Virus record (IMG/VR): IMGVR_UViG_3300044640_000771
DNA: 23,549 nucleotides
Reading direction: 5' to 3' (one strand)
Origin: a virus
Taxonomy: Duplodnaviria > Heunggongvirae > Uroviricota > Caudoviricetes
This document shows positions 18,553 through 23,549 of the stretch, piece after piece; position 1 is the first letter of the stretch, and the number at the start of each line of letters is the position of its first letter. The notes under the pieces were generated by a model. It saw only the letters and a list, made by a program, of their open reading frames with translations, had not been told where the DNA came from and ran no database searches. The position numbers and the translations under genes are program-made.

Positions 18553-18890
18553 TATTCTTCCTCGTCTTCTTTTGCTGCGGTCTTAGGAGTGTACTTCAGG
18601 TCTACATCCTTTGCAAGTACCTGCTGCATGAATGGTCGAGCATGCCGTACACGAAGCTTCCTCACACCCTTACTCATCTTGAATGAGTTGGACTTATCAT
18701 CCCAGTACTGTCGCGGACGATTGTGCGGAGCAGATACGGTACAGATACCATCAAACCGAATCTCTTTACCGTCGATGATACTTTCCTTCATCACATCAAG
18801 GAAACCAAGGAAGATATCTTCGATTTCATACTGGTAGTATCCAGTCTTTTCTGCAATCTGTCGGTATAGTTCTTTACCTCTGATAATCAT
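18552..18890 (-). CDS. HU/IHF-like DNA-binding protein
   Basis: KELYRQIAEKTG...I.DI...F.DVMKESI..G.EIRFDGI.TV...R...arm...V pattern of the HU family. Confidence 0.75.
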   Translation of the reverse strand: MIIRGKELYRQIAEKTGYYQYEIEDIFLGFLDVMKESIIDGKEIRFDGICTVSAPHNRPRQYWDDKSNSFKMSKGVRKLRVRHARPFMQQVLAKDVDLKYTPKTAAKEDEEE

Positions 18891-18901
18891 TTAGTACCTC
18901 T

Positions 18902-19573
18902 TTACGTTGTAAACTTGAACTTTGTAGCCAGGACTTCAGCTACAGCTTTTGCCAACTCAACGTGTTCTAGCTGAGTACCATTTGCTGTTCGAACTTCAAT
19001 GTAATGAATGAAGCTTCGAATTGTACCTTGAACATATAGTCGAGACATTGTATTACCTTCAGGAAGGATGCTACGTGCCTGTTCCTTTGCGATACCAGTT
19101 TCGATTGCCCAGCGGTAGTGTTTATTTACAAGATCAATTACTTCTTGTTGGCGAGCATTCCATTCAGTCACGATTAGTTGAGAATCTGCGTCATTTTGCA
19201 TCTTCAAACTGTTCTGACGATTCTTTGCATCTTGTAGTCGTGCTTCACGCAAAACAAAACTCAAATCTTTAGTTGGGTCAGCATATCGTTGACTGAATTC
19301 TTGGAACGTAAAACTGCGGTGCCGTAGAAGTTGTCGCGCAATATCCCGAGTAGTTTCAACTTCAATAGTCATACTTGCCATTTCAAATGGGCTGAAGTGC
19401 TTATGTTTCAGCAAATAGGCGATTAGTTTAGCAGAAGTTTCTGTATTCAGTTGGTTGGATGGATTCGAAACTCTTGCGCAGAAAGCAATCATTTCGTCTA
19501 GTTCACTGAACTTCTCTTTCATTTCATCAGAGGGTTGTGTGTAACCGATTAGTTTTACTTTTGTATATTCCAT
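18902..19573 (-). CDS. thyX: Flavin-dependent thymidylate synthase
   Basis: HFSPFE, ARQLLRHRSFTFQEFSQRY and EQARSILP ThyX motifs. Confidence 0.95.
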   Translation of the reverse strand: MEYTKVKLIGYTQPSDEMKEKFSELDEMIAFCARVSNPSNQLNTETSAKLIAYLLKHKHFSPFEMASMTIEVETTRDIARQLLRHRSFTFQEFSQRYADPTKDLSFVLREARLQDAKNRQNSLKMQNDADSQLIVTEWNARQQEVIDLVNKHYRWAIETGIAKEQARSILPEGNTMSRLYVQGTIRSFIHYIEVRTANGTQLEHVELAKAVAEVLATKFKFTT

Positions 19574-19574
19574 A

Positions 19575-20060
19575 TTAAACTCCTAATATCCATTTTGCAA
19601 AAAGAACAAGTTGATCGTGTGACGCATTGTTCTTCATGCTGTTTGCTAAGTGACTGATTACTTGTACATTTCCTTTTATGTAGCCTAATTTTGGATCAAT
19701 TCTATCTAAACTTGGCGAATTTGCAGCCGGTCCCTTACTTGAAGGTTCTAGTTTGAACCCAAATACCGGGCAATGGGTAGGTACAATTATGTCATCGATT
19801 TCAATCGAAAACTCGACTCCTGTTCTTAAACATCTTCGTCTAACTCTTTCGAACATTGTTTCTTTTACATTTACCCTGCGTCTTTTATTTCGGTTTTCTT
19901 CGTTTACTTTAACTTTGTTTGGATTTTCTTCATACCATACACGGTAACTTTCTCTTTTACAAGTTTTACAGATACTGTATTTACCGTCTTTTGAGTGTTT
20001 ACTGTTATCGAATAACTCCAAGTTTTTAGTTACTTTACATCTATTACATTCTTTCATCAA
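19575..20060 (-). CDS. HNH-type endonuclease, free-standing
   Basis: N-terminal CNRC...CKTC zinc finger, CPVFG, SPSLDRIDPKLGYIKGNVQVIS..AN.MK. Confidence 0.8.
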   Translation of the reverse strand: MMKECNRCKVTKNLELFDNSKHSKDGKYSICKTCKRESYRVWYEENPNKVKVNEENRNKRRRVNVKETMFERVRRRCLRTGVEFSIEIDDIIVPTHCPVFGFKLEPSSKGPAANSPSLDRIDPKLGYIKGNVQVISHLANSMKNNASHDQLVLFAKWILGV

Positions 20061-20081
20061 TAGCCTTTTCTTATAATCTTG

Positions 20082-20336
20082 TCAAGCATTCTTATCGTTT
20101 AGATAAGCTTCGTGTGAAGTATCTACATAGATTCCGGTAGCACCCTCAACCTCACGCTCATCTACATAATAGTTTACGTCATAGTATTTCAAGCGAGGAT
20201 TTGTCTTGTCTTCAGCAATAGTCTCTAGTTTGGCTTTTTCAGCAGCTTCAGGAGTAGCGAACACACCAAGCACACAGTCATAATTTGACTCATGTTTGAT
20301 ATACTCATTCCGAATCAACAGAAATACTTTCATCAC
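20082..20336 (-). CDS. Hypothetical protein
   Basis: KVFLL...VLGVFATPEAA pattern common in phage hypotheticals. Confidence 0.7.
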   Translation of the reverse strand: MMKVFLLIRNEYIKHESNYDCVLGVFATPEAAEKAKLETIAEDKTNPRLKYYDVNYYVDEREVEGATGIYVDTSHEAYLNDKNA

Positions 20337-20917
20337 AAATCTCCTACTCGGTTTTCACGATGTGTATCAGCAATGTAGACTTCTCGCTTATCCATGTACT
20401 GCTTGATTTCATCAAAATTCAACAGACGATGTTCACCAAATAGATTGTACACGTTGTCGATACCAACGTCAAGAATCTTACCCTTGCCTTCTGTGTACAT
20501 TCCGTGGCTATGACCATGCAGATGCCAACTACCGCGATGCTGCTGGTGCCAACTAGCAATTGGAAAGTGAAACATTACAACTTTCTGACCATCGAACTGC
20601 TTCTCAAGGTAGTCATGAGTATATACACCGTTGACACCACGCGAATACTGCTTGAAGTTATCAGAGTAATCATGGTTACCCTTGATCATGTGGATTGTAC
20701 CATTTAGGCGTTCAATTACAGCCAATGTCTTCTTCGTATCCTTAGCAAAGGAGAAATCACCCAGGTGATAAACAGTATCACCTTTCTTGACTTGCTTGTT
20801 CCAGATTTCAATCAGCCATTCTGTGTGGTTGTCTGCGTCAGTAAACAAGTGACGATTTGTGAAAGTCACAATATTGCGATGAAACCAGTGCAGGTCGCTA
20901 GTAAACCAGATATTCAT
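20333..20917 (-). CDS. Calcineurin-like metallophosphoesterase
   Basis: FTSDLHWFH, YHLGDFS, KGNHD, FHFP, HLHGHSH, LDVGID. Start MNIWF after GGAGG. Confidence 0.92.
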   Translation of the reverse strand: MNIWFTSDLHWFHRNIVTFTNRHLFTDADNHTEWLIEIWNKQVKKGDTVYHLGDFSFAKDTKKTLAVIERLNGTIHMIKGNHDYSDNFKQYSRGVNGVYTHDYLEKQFDGQKVVMFHFPIASWHQQHRGSWHLHGHSHGMYTEGKGKILDVGIDNVYNLFGEHRLLNFDEIKQYMDKREVYIADTHRENRVGDL

Positions 20918-20918
20918 A

Positions 20919-21101
20919 TTATTCCTCCAAGAAACACAGATGCCGTTTTGGTACATTAAACTCATGTCCATCATCGGCTTTTACTTTATAAAGCCCACCC
21001 TTTAATTGTCGGATTACTTCTACTGCTTGCCCAGTATAGGAATAGTAATTCTTACGCTGGGGTACGTGATCCAGTTTAGGTAAGAACAATGCAAATTGCA
21101 T
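20919..21101 (-). CDS. Small hypothetical protein (SH3-like)
   Basis: 60 aa that fills the gap between the ligase and the phosphoesterase. Confidence 0.6.
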   Translation of the reverse strand: MQFALFLPKLDHVPQRKNYYSYTGQAVEVIRQLKGGLYKVKADDGHEFNVPKRHLCFLEE

Positions 21102-21102
21102 G

Positions 21103-21978
21103 TCATCCTTTCAGTTGTTCAAGAAACTTGCGTCGATCTTGCTCGTCAGTGTCAATCCAACCTTGAGCGTTGAATTCCTTAACGACTGCAGAGACTGCAT
21201 CTTCCCACATTTCAGGCAATCCGTCAACTACCCCTTTGTTGTACATCTTTAGGGTGTTGCTTTGGGATAGTCGCATCAGCTTCTTCTTACCTACATAGTA
21301 CGGAGTCTTCAACTTGCAGCATTGCATGTTGCTATCATACAACATGAAACCTTCGCCGCGATCAGTCTTCGCAAGTTTAATTGCAGCAGAAAGAGTCATA
21401 ACGTCAACGAAATGACCGACAGGAACATATTCTCCTGGTTCATAAAACTTCGAATTGAAAGGCCCTTGACGATAACCAAGGTAATGAGAACCGAATTTTT
21501 CCTGCACGATGTGAGGGTCTTGCGGCACACATATTTCGAATAGCCAAGTACGCCCGTCATCCCAATCATAATAATCTGGAAGGTCTCTCAGTAGGAGTTC
21601 CTTTGCCCACTCAGCGTAATCAGACTTTGTGCTACCAGTAGTACCTACAATAACTTTACCATTGCGGACAGCCAGCGTAGCCATGTAACCGTTGATCTTC
21701 TTGAATACCTTTACAGAAGTATCCAGCGGCTTATCCTTCCAGTATCCATCTTCAAGATAATTGAATGACTTCGTAGGGGCAGCAAGTACCAGTTCACCAG
21801 TGTGAATATCGTAGGTATGACCACGGCATTCCATTACTTCAGGATGCTTCTTCCACAGGTAATCGTACATAACCCGACGATGATACTTGAAGGTATCCAG
21901 ACCAAGTTCTTCGTTGCGAGAAACGGTAGCAAGCTTCTGCTTGACTAGGTTCAACTGTTGTTCGTATGTAAGCAGCAT
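21103..21978 (-). CDS. RNA ligase, T4 Rnl1-like
   Basis: ECRG, TKSFNY, KKINGYM (motif I), TWLFEI, EGFM, KLKTPYY. Start MLLTYE after AAAGGA. Confidence 0.88.
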   Translation of the reverse strand: MLLTYEQQLNLVKQKLATVSRNEELGLDTFKYHRRVMYDYLWKKHPEVMECRGHTYDIHTGELVLAAPTKSFNYLEDGYWKDKPLDTSVKVFKKINGYMATLAVRNGKVIVGTTGSTKSDYAEWAKELLLRDLPDYYDWDDGRTWLFEICVPQDPHIVQEKFGSHYLGYRQGPFNSKFYEPGEYVPVGHFVDVMTLSAAIKLAKTDRGEGFMLYDSNMQCCKLKTPYYVGKKKLMRLSQSNTLKMYNKGVVDGLPEMWEDAVSAVVKEFNAQGWIDTDEQDRRKFLEQLKG

Positions 21979-21979
21979 G

Positions 21980-22168
21980 TTAGTCCTTTGTTGGTCGCTT
22001 TTCCAGTGACAGTTCTTCATTTGATCCGGCGGATTTTGTTCTACCTGAATGGGCGTACCAAAGCCCTCCACTGAAGATGGGTCGATCTTCACACCACCAC
22101 CACATACCATCCTCGTCTTTAGCAATGTAGTTTGCCCATTCAGGTGCAAAATCCCAGGAAGGTTTCAT
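21980..22168 (-). CDS. Conserved phage hypothetical protein
   Basis: WDFAPEWANYIAKDEDG.WWW....P...SLEKRP. Confidence 0.75.
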   Translation of the reverse strand: MKPSWDFAPEWANYIAKDEDGMWWWCEDRPIFSGGLWYAHSGRTKSAGSNEELSLEKRPTKD

Positions 22169-22201
22169 TTCTTTCTCCTTTAACAACTCAAAGAAGCAAT
22201 T

Positions 22202-22384
22202 CTAGCACCAGATGACAGGCGGTGTCAACAATACTTGTCTTCCACAGCTTGGGCAGATATGCGTGTAGCTGTACCCTGGTGGAATGTACAGGTGACTTGG
22301 AGGCTCATGTTCTGGATCGGTACAGATGTCAAACAGCCATTTTAATGGGTGTAGTCCTGGTTGTGGTTCAAGGGGTTGCATCAT
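22202..22384 (-). CDS. Small Zn-binding hypothetical protein
   Basis: CTDPEHEPPSHLYIPPG..YTHICPSCG. Confidence 0.7.
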   Translation of the reverse strand: MMQPLEPQPGLHPLKWLFDICTDPEHEPPSHLYIPPGYSYTHICPSCGRQVLLTPPVIWC

Positions 22385-22611
22385 AGTTCCCTCATCAATT
22401 CATTCCATTCAGGTCCAGTCATCATACCGTCAAGAATGGCATCTACTTTTTCAGTATCAAATCCGCAAGTTGTTGTAGCCTCAGCTTCAATAATTGCTTC
22501 AGCCACCATCCTAGTATTTCCAAGGATAGCAAGAAAGACTCGCCATTCGTCTTCGGTTTCAAAGGTGACGGTCTTTGGACGGAAACTCTCAGAATCAGTA
22601 TGGACTTTCAT
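22381..22611 (-). CDS. Hypothetical protein
   Basis: 76 aa with AAGGAG SD and FRPKTVTFET motif. Confidence 0.7.
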   Translation of the reverse strand: MKVHTDSESFRPKTVTFETEDEWRVFLAILGNTRMVAEAIIEAEATTTCGFDTEKVDAILDGMMTGPEWNELMREL

Positions 22612-22621
22612 TTGTTTCTCC

Positions 22622-23023
22622 TTAAATTTTAATACTAAACCGATTTCGCATCTGTGTCAACTTGTCTTCAGGCACACCATGAATGTTCTTACCTTCGTGA
22701 CGATTTTCAACGATGATGCTTACGAACTTCGCATTGTACTGCTCTGCGATCTTCTTGTAAACAGCGACTTCCTTTTCGGAAGTGCTGGTATTGGAGACAC
22801 CTACGCTAGTGCCTTCAGCCAAAGCTGCAGCAGCGTTCAGTTGGCACATACGATGTGCAGAATGCAACTTATTAGCATCGAATTGATACTCACCAGTCTC
22901 TTCATTGATAAAGTAATCATCAGCTTCAACTGTGATATCGACAACACCCGCCTTCTCAAGTTCCCAAGCAAAGGTACTTTTCCCTGATCCCGGCAAACCC
23001 CTAATCAAATACAATGTAGGCAT
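22622..23023 (-). CDS. P-loop kinase (AAA_33, polynucleotide-kinase-like domain)
   Basis: LIRGLPGSGKST, EADDYF, AH..CQ, VSNT, NIHGVP...MR.RF. Confidence 0.88.
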   Translation of the reverse strand: MPTLYLIRGLPGSGKSTFAWELEKAGVVDITVEADDYFINEETGEYQFDANKLHSAHRMCQLNAAAALAEGTSVGVSNTSTSEKEVAVYKKIAEQYNAKFVSIIVENRHEGKNIHGVPEDKLTQMRNRFSIKI

Positions 23024-23032
23024 CTTATCTCC

Positions 23033-23549
23033 TTACTTATTAAACTTATCCCTGATATCAACAGGAATTACCAGCTTCCAGTCAAAGAACCTCTTCTTGA
23101 ATTTCTCAGCCCTTCGCATACTTCTGTCAAACTGCTTCTTGTCTTCACAATGTACAAGAGTGTACTCCTTCCGAGTCAAGTCGTCAACAAAGGCATCGGT
23201 GTAGCTCAGAGTCTTGCCATCGAACCAGCACTGACAGAAACCAAAGTCATACAGAGGGATTCTATCTGCAAGTGTCATACCCTTGGCTAACATGATGATC
23301 TGTACATCGTGATCAGTAGATACGGTAAGATGATACTCTGGAAGATCATATTCGTCAACGTTCTTGTTTGCAAGATGGACACTCCAAATACGAGTAACTT
23401 CCTGCTGAGACATGTAAGAAGCACTCTGCATTTCGTCAGCATCAATCTTAACCATAAAAGCTTCAATTACCTTGTCTTCAGTATGAGGAATGAAGATATC
23501 AATATCCTTGAATTGTACACCAACAATTGAGTCTCGGATAAACCCGCCT
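23033..23549 (-). CDS. CCA-adding/poly(A) polymerase-family nucleotidyltransferase (start outside window)
   Basis: Extending the ORF to the window edge gives GGFIRDSIVGVQFKDIDIF, the class II NTase signature. Also YDFGFCQ and a RSMRRAEKF motif near the C-terminus. Confidence 0.8.
   Translation of the reverse strand, partial: GGFIRDSIVGVQFKDIDIFIPHTEDKVIEAFMVKIDADEMQSASYMSQQEVTRIWSVHLANKNVDEYDLPEYHLTVSTDHDVQIIMLAKGMTLADRIPLYDFGFCQCWFDGKTLSYTDAFVDDLTRKEYTLVHCEDKKQFDRSMRRAEKFKKRFFDWKLVIPVDIRDKFNK

Noticed and set aside
12104-23530. Numerous plus-strand ORFs (e.g. 12344-12943, 14780-15229, 16217-16741, 22361-22987)
   Set aside because: They are antisense shadows of well-supported minus-strand genes.
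1-23549. Stop-codon reassignment or suppressor tRNAs
   Set aside because: No CUA/UUA/UCA-anticodon tRNA was found. The Ser tRNA has anticodon UGA and reads UCA codons. Recognisable genes terminate normally at TAA, TAG and TGA.

Overview
Window from a large lytic tailed dsDNA phage, apparently of a proteobacterial host. This is inferred from the gene set (PhoH, ClpP-like, ThyX, SleB-like hydrolase, Rnl1 ligase, metallophosphoesterase, kinase) and from sigma70-type promoters. Nearly all genes are on the minus strand. In transcription order (right to left) the window holds five blocks. (i) 23.5-18.0 kb: an RNA/tRNA-repair and nucleotide module (CCA-adding-type nucleotidyltransferase, P-loop kinase, T4 Rnl1-like ligase, metallophosphoesterase, HNH, ThyX, HU-like protein). 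(ii) 18-11.4 kb: a run of small accessory/early genes with repeated strong promoters, a paralogous gene family and a cell-wall hydrolase. (iii) About 8.2-11.3 kb: a visibly GC-richer block with repeat arrays at its edges, a candidate genome-end/terminal-repeat region. (iv) 6.2-7.9 kb: a short plus-strand operon with PhoH and a ClpP-like protease. (v) 0.8-5.95 kb: a repeat-bearing leader, an HNH gene and a 4-kb array of 20 tRNA genes covering 19 amino acids (no Lys seen), followed by a Zn-finger gene, a GIY-YIG gene and a probable terminase small subunit. The most unusual content is in the tRNA array: a D-arm-less, putatively pseudoknotted tRNA-Tyr(GUA); an 8/4-type tRNA-Ser(UGA); Thr and Pro tRNAs with long variable arms; a Leu tRNA without one; a CCA-ended Gly-type minihelix; half-tRNAs in reversed order; and several tRNA-sized structured non-tRNA elements. 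Upstream of the array is a tandem array of short MHCR(L/I) ORFs. All structures were folded by eye. No covariance, folding or homology searches were run.
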